This document shows, piece after piece, positions 38,974 to 49,729 of a stretch of DNA of 64,000 nt; within the stretch, counting starts at the first letter, position 1, and the number at the start of each line of letters is the position of its first letter. This DNA comes from an uncultured Acidobacteriota bacterium. Lineage in GTDB: Bacteria > Acidobacteriota > Thermoanaerobaculia > Multivoradales > UBA5704. A program made the translations under genes and the position numbers. The stretch is from the NCBI GenBank assembly GCA_963770895.1, contig CAVYRF010000002.1:1504001-1568000 (forward strand). Direction: 5' to 3'. The notes below the pieces were generated by a model. The model saw only the letters and a list, made by a program, of their open reading frames with translations, was not told the DNA's origin and searched no databases.

Positions 38974-39474
38974 TCAGGCTTCCCGTCGCTTGCGCGGCAG
39001 CGTCAGGACGGTCGCCGAGTTGCGCTCGTCCTCCATCTCGGCTTCCAGGACGCGCTGGAACAGGTCCAGGTTGTTCTTGAACTTGACCTGCAGCTCGCGG
39101 CGCAGCGTGCGCAGTTCGGCGATCTTGCTTTCGATCCGCGAGGACTGCTCGATGGCCTGCTGGACGATGCGATCCGCCGCCAGCTCGGCCTCCTTGACCG
39201 TCAGCTCGGCTTCGCGCTTGGCGGTGGCGGTGATCTCATCCGACACCTTTTGCGCCCGCAGCAGCGTCTGCTGCAGCTGGTGCTCCCGGTTTTCGGTCTC
39301 TTCCAGCCGCTGCTTGTAGTAGCGCGCTTCGTGTTCCAGCTTTTCGATCTGGGACAGCCGGTCCGCCAGCTCGTCGGCGACCATGGCCAGGAACAGCTCG
39401 ACTTCGCCCGTGTCGCAACCGCGCAGTTTCTGCGGGAAGCGCATGCGCTGGATTTCGAGGGGAGTCAGGCCCAT
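38974..39474 (-). CDS. divIVA: DivIVA domain protein
   Basis: MGLTPLEIQRMRFPQKLRGCDTGEVELFL followed by coiled coil; next to yggS. Confidence 0.88.
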   Translation of the reverse strand: MGLTPLEIQRMRFPQKLRGCDTGEVELFLAMVADELADRLSQIEKLEHEARYYKQRLEETENREHQLQQTLLRAQKVSDEITATAKREAELTVKEAELAADRIVQQAIEQSSRIESKIAELRTLRRELQVKFKNNLDLFQRVLEAEMEDERNSATVLTLPRKRREA

Positions 39475-39532
39475 AGGCGATCCTTTATGCGGCGATCCAC
39501 CCGGCGGCATCGCCACGTCTAGAGAAGGATGC

Positions 39533-40354
39533 CTATCTTAGCATGGACAAAGGCTGTACCCGCGGACCGAAGAGCGCGGTGCCGACCCGCACGTGGGTCG
39601 CGCCCTCTGCGATCGCCGCCTCGAAATCGTCGCTCATCCCCATCGACAGGTACCCCGGCCAGCCCGCCCATTCGGGCAGCGCACCCAGCGCGTCGCGCAG
39701 CTCCCGCAGCCGGCGGAACCAGGCGCGCGCCGCCGCGTCGGATTCCTCCTGCGGCGGGATGGCCATCAGGCCGACGATGCGCAGCGCGGGCAGGGCGGCG
39801 AGCGGGCGCAGCGCCACCGCCAGGTCGGCAGCGCCAAAGCCGTGCTTGCTCGGCTCGCCGGCCAGGTTCACCTCGATGAAGCCGGTCAGGGCGAGACCGC
39901 GCCGCGCCGCCTCGCGATCCACGGCGGTGACGATGGCGGCGCGGTCCAGCGAATGGATGCAGGTGAACAGATCGAGCGCCTGGCGGATCTTGTTGCTTTG
40001 CAGCGGCCCGATCAGGTGCCATTCGATGTTGGGGGCCGGTGGGGCCAGTGGAGCCGGTGGCGCCGCGGCCGCCTGGGAGGCAGGCGCCGCCGGCCCGGCG
40101 GCAGGCGGCATCAGCAGCGCGAGCTGGCGGCTTTTGGCCAGCGCCTCCTGGACCCGGTTCTCCCCCAGCAGGCGCAGGCCGGCGTCGACGAAGGGGCGGA
40201 CCGCTTCGGCGGGCTGCGTCTTGCTGGCGGCGACCAGGGTGACCGAGCCGGGCGGCCGGCCGGCCCGGCGGCAGGCGGCGGCGATCCGCTCGTCGATCAC
40301 CGCCAGCCGCTCGGCCGCAGGGGCGGCCGGGGAGCCGGCGGGAGGAACGGTCAC
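39533..40354 (-). CDS. yggS: PLP homeostasis protein YggS/PROSC
   Basis: LVAASKTQ, GENRVQEA, WHLIGPLQSNK, SKHG, GLMAIPP, LSMGMSDDFEAAIAEGATHVRVGTALFG. Confidence 0.94.
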   Translation of the reverse strand: MTVPPAGSPAAPAAERLAVIDERIAAACRRAGRPPGSVTLVAASKTQPAEAVRPFVDAGLRLLGENRVQEALAKSRQLALLMPPAAGPAAPASQAAAAPPAPLAPPAPNIEWHLIGPLQSNKIRQALDLFTCIHSLDRAAIVTAVDREAARRGLALTGFIEVNLAGEPSKHGFGAADLAVALRPLAALPALRIVGLMAIPPQEESDAAARAWFRRLRELRDALGALPEWAGWPGYLSMGMSDDFEAAIAEGATHVRVGTALFGPRVQPLSMLR

Positions 40355-40388
40355 CGCTGGCTCCTGCCGACCGCGAGGCGCCAGCCGG

Positions 40389-41132
40389 TCAGACCGGCTG
40401 CTCGACCAGGTGCAGGATGCGCTTGCAGCTGTCGCACTGCACCAGCCCCTCGCCGTTGGTGATCTCGACCACCACCTGGGGCCGCACCCGGTAGTTGCAG
40501 ACGCCGCAATGCCACTCGCGCGGACCCTTGCGCGGCCCCTCGATGATGCGGACGGGCGCCAGGGCGCCGGCGGGGTTGCGTTCCAGGATGCGCTCGAACT
40601 GCGCCAGCACCGCGCGCGGCAGCTTGGCGCGCAGCTGTTGGATCTGCTCGCGCAGAGCCTTCGCCTGGCGCTGAATCTCCGGCTTTTCGGCGTCCCAGCG
40701 CGCCAGCTCGGTGGCATAGCGGTCGGCCAGGTCGCGGAACGCATCGCGCTTTTCGGTCACTTCCAGCTGCTTTTCGTCGTGACGATCGAGCGACGTCAGC
40801 GCCTGTTCCTCGAAGCCGCCGATCTGCGACTTGACGGTGTCGATCTCCTGCAGCAGGGCGCCGTACTCCCGCTGCGTGCTGACGCGGTTGATCTGCTGCT
40901 GGTACTTCTTGAGCTTGTCTTGCGCGTCGGCAACCGCCGCTTCGGCGGTGCGCCGCTCTCGCGACGCCTCTTCCATGGTCTGTTCCAGCTCGTCGATCTC
41001 GGCTTTGCGCTGGGCGTGCTCATCGTGCAGCTCGCGCATCCAGTCGGGGATGCCGTGCAGTCGGTGCTCAGCCTCCCGGAGGGCCAGGATGGCTTGCTGC
41101 AGCTCCACGACGTGTTGCAGATTCGGGTTCAT
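40389..41132 (-). CDS. Coiled-coil + C4 zinc-ribbon protein (DUF164/CT398-like)
   Basis: Long coiled coil with REYGALLQEID; CGVC...CDSCKRIL. Confidence 0.88.
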   Translation of the reverse strand: MNPNLQHVVELQQAILALREAEHRLHGIPDWMRELHDEHAQRKAEIDELEQTMEEASRERRTAEAAVADAQDKLKKYQQQINRVSTQREYGALLQEIDTVKSQIGGFEEQALTSLDRHDEKQLEVTEKRDAFRDLADRYATELARWDAEKPEIQRQAKALREQIQQLRAKLPRAVLAQFERILERNPAGALAPVRIIEGPRKGPREWHCGVCNYRVRPQVVVEITNGEGLVQCDSCKRILHLVEQPV

Positions 41133-41244
41133 CGACAGGACAGCTCCTCTCTCCGATTCGCGGCGCCACCGGCGCCCGGACGCTCATCGCCGGGACGGCT
41201 GCGGGACCGCGGCCTCAAAAAAACAGGGATCATGCCGTTCGAAG

Positions 41245-41317
41245 TGGGTCCACCTGGATTTGAACCAGGGACCTGCCGGTTATGAGCCGGACGCTCTAAC
41301 CGCTGAGCTATGGACCC
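41245..41317 (-). tRNA. tRNA with CAT anticodon, likely tRNA-Ile2 (lysidine); CCA not encoded
   Basis: GGGTCCATAGCTCAGCGGTTAGAGCGTCCGGCTCATAACCGGCAGGTCCCTGGTTCAAATCCAGGTGGACCCA; paired G1-C72 excludes fMet; resembles ileX-type genes. Confidence 0.9.
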
Positions 41318-41410
41318 GGAAGAGCCCTGGTGCGGGCGTGCCAGTATAGCACTGCGCGATGGGCCGCCGCGGGCGGCCGGATCTGCGCTCGAACGGTGGT
41401 GGGTCATCTT

Positions 41411-42870
41411 CTAATCGGCCTTCCCGGGCGTCGTTTCACCCGGCAGCTGGTCGATCCAGGCGCGGTCTTCGGCCGCCGGCGTCCGCTGCTCGGTGACGAA
41501 GTCGCCCCAGCGCGCGGCCAGCCGGCGCGCCAGCGCCGCGGCCTTGGGCGGATCGTCGACCGGGCGGCTGCCGCCGCCGGCGTCCCAGCGCCACAGGGTC
41601 AACCGCGGCGGCGCGGCGCCCGCGACGCCGGCAGCCGCGGCGCCGAGCGGCGGCGCGACGGCGAATGCGTCGTAGAGGCGGGACGCGATCACGCCGAAGG
41701 TGTCGGCGCCGCCCGGCGTGGTCGCGGTGCCCGCGAACTCCGCCAGGCGGGCGCGATGCCAGCGCGGGTCCGCGGCGGCAAAGCGAGCCTCCCACAGCAG
41801 CTGATCGTCGCCCGCAAGCAGCGAAAACAGGTTGGCGCCGTTGCTCGAATAGAGCTCCGACAGCACCTCGTCCGAGGCGCCATGAAACAGGCTGGGCGCC
41901 ATCGCCGGCGGCGGCTCCCCCCCGCGGCCTCGACCAGGGTCGCCCAGACGCGGGTCAGCGCCGCCCGCTCTCCGCGCGCGACCGCCAGAGGGCGCCGGCA
42001 CCAGCTGGGCAGCTTGACGGCCAGGGGCACCTCGAGGCTGGCGCGCGCCAGGTCGTCGCCGTGGCCGACGACGCCCTGCTCTCCCATCTCCTCGCCGTAG
42101 TCCGCCGCCACCACCACCAGCGAACGATCCCACTGGCCGCTGGCCTGCAGCGCGTCGAGCAGGCGCCCGACCTTTTCGTCGGCCCAGGCGACGTTGAGCT
42201 GGTACATCAGCTTGAGGCGCCGCAGCTCGGCGGCGGGCAGCGGCACCGCCGGATCGGCGTGGGCTTCGACTTCCGCCGGCTCGATCAGCCGCGGCAGGGC
42301 GCGCAGTTCGGCGGCCGGAACGCCGGCGGCCAGGCTGGGCAGCAGCCAGTCGCGGCGCACGAAGGGCGTGTCGGGCTGGGTGATGTGCACCCAGACCAGG
42401 ACTTTGCCCCCTTCCAGCGATTCCAGCAGCTCCGCCGCCTCGCGGTTCCTGCCGGCCACGTCGAAGGTGTCGAAGCCGCGGTCGTAGCCATATTCGGCGG
42501 TGTACCAGCGGCCGCCGGAGAAGCCGGCGGTGCGATAGCCCAGGGCCTTGAACGCCCGCGGCAGCGTCAGCAGGTCGTCCGCCAGCTCGGCGTCGCCGTC
42601 CAGGATGGCGTGGTGCTGCCACGGCGAAAGGCCGGTGAAGAGCGACGCCATGGCCGGCACACCCCAGCTGGACGAGGCGACGCCGCGCCCCACCCAGTCG
42701 GCCTGGCGCAGGAAGCGCGTCAGGTAAGGGGTCAACCGCGGATCGCCGCCCAGGCCGCCCACCGCGTCGGCGCGCAGCGCGTCCAGGGTGATCAGCACCA
42801 CCGGCCCGCCCGGGGTCGCATGGCGCTGGGAGCTGCAGGCGGCCAGCAACAGGAGCGCCGCCAGCGCCAC
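41411..42870 (-). CDS. Sulfatase-like lipoprotein, frameshifted at a G7 run (41917-41923)
   Basis: Lipobox LLLLAAC; LITLDALRAD, TP, ASLFTG, GYRTAGF, GFDTF, VPL; C-terminal part continues in the 41411-42622 frame (EPPPAMAPSLF...SELY). Confidence 0.75.
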
Positions 42871-42925
42871 TGCCGCCCGCAGCGGCGCCGCCCGCCGGGG
42901 CGTCGCCGCCCTGGGAGCGCGCCGG

Positions 42926-45192
42926 TTACCCGGCGGCGTGGGGATAGAGCCGTCGATAGCTGTCAGAGAGCACCAGAATGCGTTTCACGTAGATCTTCGA
43001 CTCCTCGATGCTGAGACCTTCGAGGAAGCGGTCGAGATCGGTGGTCCGCGCTTCGCGCCACATGCGCTTGATGCGGTACGGGCCGCCGTTGTAGCCGGCC
43101 AGGGCCAGCTCGACGTTGCCGCCGAACATGGCCAGCACCTGACGCAGGTAGGAAGCGCCCACCCGCACGTTGAAGGCCGGCTCGGCCAGCCGGTCGCGCG
43201 CCCAGCTGAGCCCCAGCCCGCGCGCCAGCTCGCGCGCCGTGCCGGGCATCAGCTGCATCAGGCCGCGCGCTCCGGACCGGCTGAGGGCGTTGGTGTCGAA
43301 GGCGCTTTCCTGGCGGATGACGGCGAACACCAGCGATGGCGGCAGGCCGTTGGCCGCCGCCGCGGCGCGGATGTCTTCGGCAAAATCGAGCGGATAGTAG
43401 AGCTTGAGAGCCTGCTCCGGCACCGTCGCCTGGAGCGGGCCGCCGAGCGCCGGGAACGCCTCGTGGATCGCCATGACGCTCTTGCGGCGGTCGCCCAGCC
43501 GGGCCAGGATCACCGCCTGGAGCGCCGCCACCGGCCGCGGCTGGGCGCGGTCCTGCACCAGCGCAAGCTCCGACTGCGCCAGGTCGTCCAGGCCGAAATC
43601 GCTCAGCAGCTGCGCGCGCACCAGGGCCGGATCGTAGGGCCACGGCTCGGCGGCGTTCGCCGTCCCATCCTCCGGCGGTGGCGCCTTGAAGCGGGCAAGC
43701 CGCAGCACGGCGTTGCGGCGATAGAAGTCGGCGGTATCGGCGGCGGCGACCTGGCTGTACAGCTCCTGGGCGCGCGCCGACTCACCCTGGCCCTCGAAGC
43801 AGCGCGCGATCCAATAGCGGGCGCGCCGGCTGGCGCTGTCGCCAGGATAGAGCGTGGTCAGCTCGGTCCACAGGCGCACCGCGCCGACGGAGTCGCCGCG
43901 ATTGAAGCTCTGCCAGCCGCGGTTCCACAGGAAACTGGCGCCCGCCGTATCGCGCGGATCGACGGCGTGCAGCCGGCGCAGCGCGGCGACCGCTTCGTCG
44001 TAACGGTCCTCTTCGATCAGGTGCAAGAAGAGGGCGCGCCACGCCTTGGCGGACAGCGCCGGATCGACGCCCATCTCGGCGGCGCCCCGCAAGTAGAGCT
44101 CCGCCGCCAGCCGCATCTTCTGCCGCTCGGCCTTGGCGCTGGCGCGTTTGCGCGGCTCGCTGGCGGCCACGTCGTCGCTGGCTTCGGCGAGCGCCCAATC
44201 GAGAGCCGCCATGTCCTGGCCCTTGAGCAGCGGTTGCATCTGGCGCAGGGCGCGGTCCCTGGCGGCATGGTGGTCGCCGCGCGGGTCGCTGGTTTCGAGC
44301 GGCGCCAGCAGGGCGAGCGCGTCGCGGCCGCGGTGGCCGCGGGTCAGCACCTCGGCCTTGAGCAGCATCCAGGACAGGTCGCGGTCGGCCGGGGCCACGG
44401 CGTCGAGCGTCACCAGCGCGTTGGGGAAGAGTTGCAGCGCGAGCAGCGCCTGCGCCCGCTGCCGCAGCTCGGACGTGGTGAGGATGTCGGTCCACACCAG
44501 GCTGCCGTCGGGGCGGCGGAACACTTCGGCGACATCCAGCTGGGCGGCGGCCAGGGGCGACGACACCAGCAGCTGGCGCGCCTCCTGGGCGCGGAGCTTG
44601 GCGTCGCCCAGCCGGGTGCCGATCTGCCAGGCAAGGCTGTCCAGGTGGGTCCGTTCCTCGCCGCGCAAACCTTCCGCCGCCGCGCGGCGGACCAGCGCCA
44701 GCGCCGCGTCGGCGTCGTTTTGCTCCCAGGCAAGATAGGCCGCCCGCTCCAGCGCGCGCGGCCGCAGCGGCGAAGCGGGGTCGTCCGCCACCAGCTTGGC
44801 CAGGGCCGCCCGCGCCACCAGCGCGTGGCCGCGGGCGCGCGCGGCGTCCGCCAGGAGCAGCAGGCGCCAGTCTTCGAGCAGGCCGCCCGGGTTGCGCGCC
44901 GCGAACAATCGCTCTTCGGCCAGCGCCACCTGGCCGCACGAGTGCGCGTAGAGGCCCGACAGCAGGCTGGCCAGGCGCACGTCCGGCCCCTGCGCCGCGA
45001 GCATCGGCGCCAGGTCGGCCTGGGCCGCCGCGCAGTCGTGGCGGCGCATCGCTTCGCCAGCGGTATGGAACTCTTCGGCGCCGCCGGACGACAGGTCCAC
45101 GGCGCGGGGGGGACCTGCTGGGTGAAGCCAGCCAGAACCGGCAGGCAGACCAGCGCCAGGGCAATCAGCTGGCTGGAACGTCCACGTCTCAC
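42926..45192 (-). CDS. slt: Slt-type lytic murein transglycosylase with TPR-like repeats; signal peptide offset by a frameshift at 45106-45112
   Basis: AVIRQESAF, SGARGLMQLMPGTA, LAGYNGG, ESKIYVKRI; signal peptide MRRGRSSQLIALALVCLPVLAG is in the adjacent frame. Confidence 0.85.
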
Positions 45193-45253
45193 AATGGCTT
45201 GCTACCTCGGCGCGCGTAGACCCGGGCGCACGACACCTGCAGGGCGCGCGGCC

Positions 45254-47611
45254 TCAGATGCCCAAAGCCTTTGCATCGCCAGATGCCAGAATGCGCACCA
45301 GCTCCTGGTAGAAATAGTCGGTGGACTTCACGATGCGCGGGTCGACGCGCTCTTCGTACATCTGGCGCGAACGGTCGATGTCTTCGCGCAGCCGCTCGTA
45401 GATGTCGCGGTTGCGGCGGCCGGCTTCCACCTGCTCTTCGTTGTACAGCTTGATTTCGCTCACCAGCAGGCGCGCCAGACGCCGGGCCTCTTCGTGGAGG
45501 GTGTCGTCGCCGCTGCCGCTGGTTGGCGCCATGCGGGTGGTGGCAAACGCCCAGCCCGGACCGTGCACGCCGCTGGGCGGACGGACTTCCGGGGTGGCCG
45601 AACCCAGCGCGCCGCCGCGCAGCGGCTCGAAGGCGGGCGCCGCCGCGGGGGGCACCAGGGGAGTGACCGGCGCGAGCGGCGGCCGTGCCGGCAGGGCGTC
45701 CTGGTCGAGGCCCGCCGGCAGCTGCGAGGTCTCCAGCGGCAAGGCGGCGTCCGGCGAGGCCGGCGCGAGCGGCGCCACGGCGCGCAGCGAGCCGGGTCCG
45801 GCCAGCACGGGCGCCACCGGCGGGACGGCGGCCGGGAAGGTTCCGGCGGCGTGGTCCTGTGCGGCGGCGCCGCGGTCGCCCGTGTCCGCCGGTGCGGCGC
45901 TTTCGCGTTCCTGCGACGGTCCCTGTGCCATGCCCGCCTCCGCACCCTTACGAGCCCATGACGCCACTCCCGCCTCGCGCAGCGCGACCGGCGGCAGCAG
46001 CACCGTCGCGTTGTCGGGTCCGCTGCCGGTGCCGGCGGCGGCCGTTTCCACCGCGGGGGCCCGGTCCGCGGCGGCCGGCGCCGGGGGTTCCGAGACCTGA
46101 GGGGCAGGGAAGGCATGGCCGCCGTCGCCTGAGGTTGCGGCGCCGCCGGACCCGGCCGCGGAGGCCAGCGAATCGTCGGCATCGGGCTCGGAGGCCGCCA
46201 GGGGCGGCGCCGGCTCCGGGCGGCTGTCGGCTCCCTCCAGCGGGCGCACCGGCCAGGGGCGCGGGATCTCCGCCGTACGCTGCACCAGCGGCACCCTGGG
46301 CGAGTCGTAGAGCGCCGTCGGAGACATGCCGAAGGGTTGCTGCGCCTGACCAAGTCCCGCCGGCCTGGCGCCGCCGGACGGCTGGGCGGAACCCGGATCG
46401 CCGGTCGCTGCCGCCGGCGCGGCCGGGCTGGAGGCAGCCGGCGAGTGGGTCGCAACGGCGGGCGCTTCACCCGCGTCGTTGGCGGGGGCGGGGGCGGGGG
46501 CGGGGATTGCCGGGGTCGCAGGGGCTGCCGGCGTGGCGGCGAGCGCCGGCGTCGCACCGGTGATCCGGGCACCCGACACGGCGCCGGAGCTGACCCAACC
46601 GGCCGGGGATGCGAGCGAGGCAAGGCCGGCGACGCCGGCGCCAAGGCCCGCGGCACCCGCACTGCCGGCGGCGTCGCTGCCGGCAGCGTCGGTGTCGGTG
46701 TCGGCGGGCCGGTCGGCGGCGTCGGTGCTGCCGGCGCGGTCGGAGGCAGCGGAGGCAGCGGAGACGTGGGCGCCAGAGCCCGCGGCGCCGGCTTCCTGCA
46801 CGGACGCGTCTGCCGAGATCAGGCTGGCGGTCGCGGCGCGATGCCGGAAGGCAAGGGTTTCAATGGCCAGCGCCGCCACATAGGCGAGGCTTTGCAGCGC
46901 GGGCATGGCCGCGGTCGTGGACGCCGCGGCATGCGCGGGCGCCGCGGCGGCGTCCACCGGCGCCGCCGACGCCAGGTCGTCGCCGTACAGCACGGCCACG
47001 ACGCGATCGCGCAGCACCAGCGGCACCAGCACTCCGGACGCCGGCATGGGGCTTTCCAGCGGCCCGCACAGCACCGCGCAGTCCGCCGCCGACAGGCGGA
47101 CCGCGCCCGCCGCCACGGCGTCCGCGATGCCGACCGCACGTTGCCAGGCGCTGTCGGCGGCCGGCGACAGGCGCACGTCCTTGACGGCGGGCGCCGCGTT
47201 GCCGTCGCCGCCGGCAGCCGGACCGAAGCCCTGTGCGCCCCAGCCCTGCAGCCCGTTGCCGCGCACCAGCAGCAGCGCGCTGCGCGAGCAGAATCCCGCC
47301 GCCGCCGTCAGCAGGGCGCCGAGCACCTCCACCTGGGTGCGAGCGCGGTCGAGATCCGCGAAGGCGTTCCGCAACCTGCCGGCCGCATCGGCGCTCCCCT
47401 CCGCCCGCGCCGCCGCCGCCGCCGGAGCCAGGTCTTCATGCGCCACGTAGGGGCCGGTCGGCGGCGCGGCGATCTGGTCGAGGTGGCGCTGCAGATCCTG
47501 ATGCCCCTCGCGCAACCGATCCTGGACCTCGCGGCGCAAGGCCGAGAACGCCTGGTCGAACGTGGCGCCAATCTGTGCGTTCAGCTGATCGATATTTTCC
47601 ACAAGGGCCAT
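45254..47611 (-). CDS. Hypothetical protein: GAF-like N-domain, Ala/Pro-rich linker, helical C-domain
   Basis: VLVPLVLRDRVVAVLYGD (GAF-like); C-terminal HEEARRLARLLVSEIKLYNE...DIDRSRQMYEERV. Confidence 0.75.
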   Translation of the reverse strand: MALVENIDQLNAQIGATFDQAFSALRREVQDRLREGHQDLQRHLDQIAAPPTGPYVAHEDLAPAAAAARAEGSADAAGRLRNAFADLDRARTQVEVLGALLTAAAGFCSRSALLLVRGNGLQGWGAQGFGPAAGGDGNAAPAVKDVRLSPAADSAWQRAVGIADAVAAGAVRLSAADCAVLCGPLESPMPASGVLVPLVLRDRVVAVLYGDDLASAAPVDAAAAPAHAAASTTAAMPALQSLAYVAALAIETLAFRHRAATASLISADASVQEAGAAGSGAHVSAASAASDRAGSTDAADRPADTDTDAAGSDAAGSAGAAGLGAGVAGLASLASPAGWVSSGAVSGARITGATPALAATPAAPATPAIPAPAPAPANDAGEAPAVATHSPAASSPAAPAAATGDPGSAQPSGGARPAGLGQAQQPFGMSPTALYDSPRVPLVQRTAEIPRPWPVRPLEGADSRPEPAPPLAASEPDADDSLASAAGSGGAATSGDGGHAFPAPQVSEPPAPAAADRAPAVETAAAGTGSGPDNATVLLPPVALREAGVASWARKGAEAGMAQGPSQERESAAPADTGDRGAAAQDHAAGTFPAAVPPVAPVLAGPGSLRAVAPLAPASPDAALPLETSQLPAGLDQDALPARPPLAPVTPLVPPAAAPAFEPLRGGALGSATPEVRPPSGVHGPGWAFATTRMAPTSGSGDDTLHEEARRLARLLVSEIKLYNEEQVEAGRRNRDIYERLREDIDRSRQMYEERVDPRIVKSTDYFYQELVRILASGDAKALGI

Positions 47612-47696
47612 CCTAAGGTTCTCCGCCGGGCTGGCGTGGGCCCACAGGCCACCGAGGTCATCGCCAGGCACCTTCCTGCGGTTCTAAGGGAGATTG

Positions 47697-47725
47697 ATTA
47701 TTCTGTAGCGGTCCCCCCATGTCAA
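47697..47725 (-). promoter_or_regulatory. sigma70-like promoter for the 45254-47611 gene
   Basis: Minus strand TTGACA-N17-AATAAT. Confidence 0.55.
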
Positions 47726-47763
47726 GGTAAAGCGCACGCGCAAAAGCACTGTCGCATCAGAGC

Positions 47764-48703
47764 TTAGACCCCGCCACCCCACCGCTCGACCGGCCCGCGC
47801 GGGCTCGGCATCCGCAACGCGTAGCCGAGCAAGGCGAGGACACCTCGCGCCCGCCGGTGCAGCACGGAGGACTTGGCAAAGGCGACTTGGGCGCGCTGCA
47901 GCTCACGGCGCGCCAGCATCCTGCGCCATTGATCCTCTCTGCAAAAGCTCACCAGATCGAGGAATACCAGGGCCGCGCTGTGGTCTTCGGAAATGCGCAA
48001 CAACCCGCTCAGCACTTTCAGCAGACGTCGGATGGCCTGCCAACGGCGGACCGTGCCGGTGTGCCACCTGCGCGGCCTGCCAGCGCAGCCGTAGACGGGT
48101 CACCGGCTCGCTCACCTGGTCGATGGCCACATCGGCATCGGCAAGCAGAGAATCGACTGCCCGCGGGTTTTTGATGTCGATCAAGGCCAGCGCCAAGCCA
48201 AGGCACGTTGAGACGCTGGTCGCCGGTATCGATCGGGTCAGGTCTCGGGCTTGCAGGAAGATTTCCAGCGCCTCGCTGGGCTCCCCTACCAAAAGTAGGG
48301 TCCAGCCCAGCTCATTGCTGGCCTCACCCAATTCCGCGTCACCAAGGACCTCGAACAGGCTGACGGCGCGGCTGGCCAGGGCCAGCGCCTCTTCGTGACG
48401 CCCCTGCTCGCGCCGCAAGCGCGCCAGCGTCTGGCAGTAGAGCGCCCGTGCGTAGTCGAGATCCGGGGTGAGAATTGCCGCCGCTCTTTGCAGCTCCTGG
48501 TACGCCGCCGGCCGATTGGTCAAATCGAGCAGGCCCTGGGTGCTGGCACACCGGCACTCCACCACCAACTGCCGATGCAGCGAGCTTCCGGCCGTGAAGT
48601 GGCGGCAGAAACGGCAGGTCGCCACGTGGCGCAGCAGTTCCTTTTCGGCATCTCCAAGCGCATTCAACCGCGTCGGCACCAGGTGACGCATCGGTGGCCT
48701 CAC
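47764..48703 (-). pseudogene. Degenerate zf-HC2-like + TPR protein, frameshifted near 48050
   Basis: HVATCRFC (HxxxCxxC), TPR-like LARLRREQGRHEEALALASRAVSLF; continues as RRWQAIRRLLKVLSGLL in another frame. Confidence 0.6.
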
Positions 48704-48930
48704 GAACGGACATCCTCGATGCGTCGAAGCAGGGTCGAGAAGGTGCCTACGATCGACTCCAAGGTTTCGACCACGATTTGCCGGCCCTCGCTGTCCATCT
48801 GTTCGATTTGCTGCAGGCAGTGGACGAGCCGGGGGTTCAGCACCGCGTACCCCGGCACGGTATCGACGGGTACGCGGAAGACACTGGCCAGGCGCATCAG
48901 AACGATGGTCGGGGGCGTATTACGGCCGCG
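48700..48930 (-). pseudogene. 5'-truncated XRE-family HTH regulator
   Basis: RGRNTPPTIVLMRLASVFRVPVD is the C-terminal half of an XRE HTH; the N-terminal helices are missing. Confidence 0.55.
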
Positions 48931-49729
48931 CGGCACCTGCGCTCCGTTGCTGATCGCCCGTATCGCCGATCTCACGGCGTCCCTTCTTGGCGCCCAGCGG
49001 CGGCTCGGCGAGGGCCAGAAGATTCTGGCGCTGGCAGAGCAGGTCTACCTTGAGGCGGGGCAGGAGCACTTGGCGGGGCGGGCACTGATCAAGGCCGGGA
49101 ATCTGGCGGGGCTGAACGGCACGCCGGGAAAGGCCATCCACCTCCTGCGGCGCGGGTTTGAGCTGATCGAGCCGGAGCGCGAGCCCGCTCTGGTCACCCA
49201 AACCCTGCGGAGCATGATTTGGGGCCTCTGCGACCTGGGGCACTTCCGTAGTGCTCGGCGCCTCCTCTGGCGCAGCCGCGTCCTGTTCGTCCGGGAAGGC
49301 AACGACCTCGACCTGCTGCGGCTCCGCTGGCTCGAAGGACGAATCTATGCGGGCCTATCCGATTTCGCTCGTGCAGAGGTTGCTTTCCAGGAGACGCGAA
49401 GCGGTTTTGCCGCCAAGGGCCAGATCTACCCGGCGGCTCTGGCGGGCCTCGATCTGGCTGCCCTCTGGACACGGCAAGGTCGCGCCCCGGAGGTCTGCGC
49501 ACTGGCCGAGGAGATGATCGGCACCTTCCGGGCGCTGCACATTGCTCGGGAAGCCATCGCCGCCCTGGTGATGGTCAAGCACGTCTGCTCGGTTGAACGT
49601 GGCCGGCGGGTGCTCGATGTCATCCGCCTGGTGGTGCGGTTCCTCGAAGAGCTGGAGCAGCAGCCCGTCCGGAATCAATCCTCCAGCGGCACTCGTCGAG
49701 TGTCAACGTCCAGCTTGCCGTCGTCCTGA
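48931..49729 (+). pseudogene. 5'-truncated TPR-like protein
   Basis: PLLIARIADLTASLL...HLAGRALIK...LRLRWLEGRIYAGL...AALAGLDLAALW...FRALHIAREAIAAL; no start or RBS before the XRE junction. Confidence 0.6.

Noticed and set aside
41133-41410. tRNA as an integration site
   Set aside because: No integrase or duplicated tRNA 3' end noticed; flanks are host-like genes.
42788-45961. 1057-aa plus-strand ORF and similar long Arg/Ala/Gly-rich ORFs (e.g. 58299-61484, 6468-9068)
   Set aside because: Stop-poor antisense frames expected at this GC content; no motifs.
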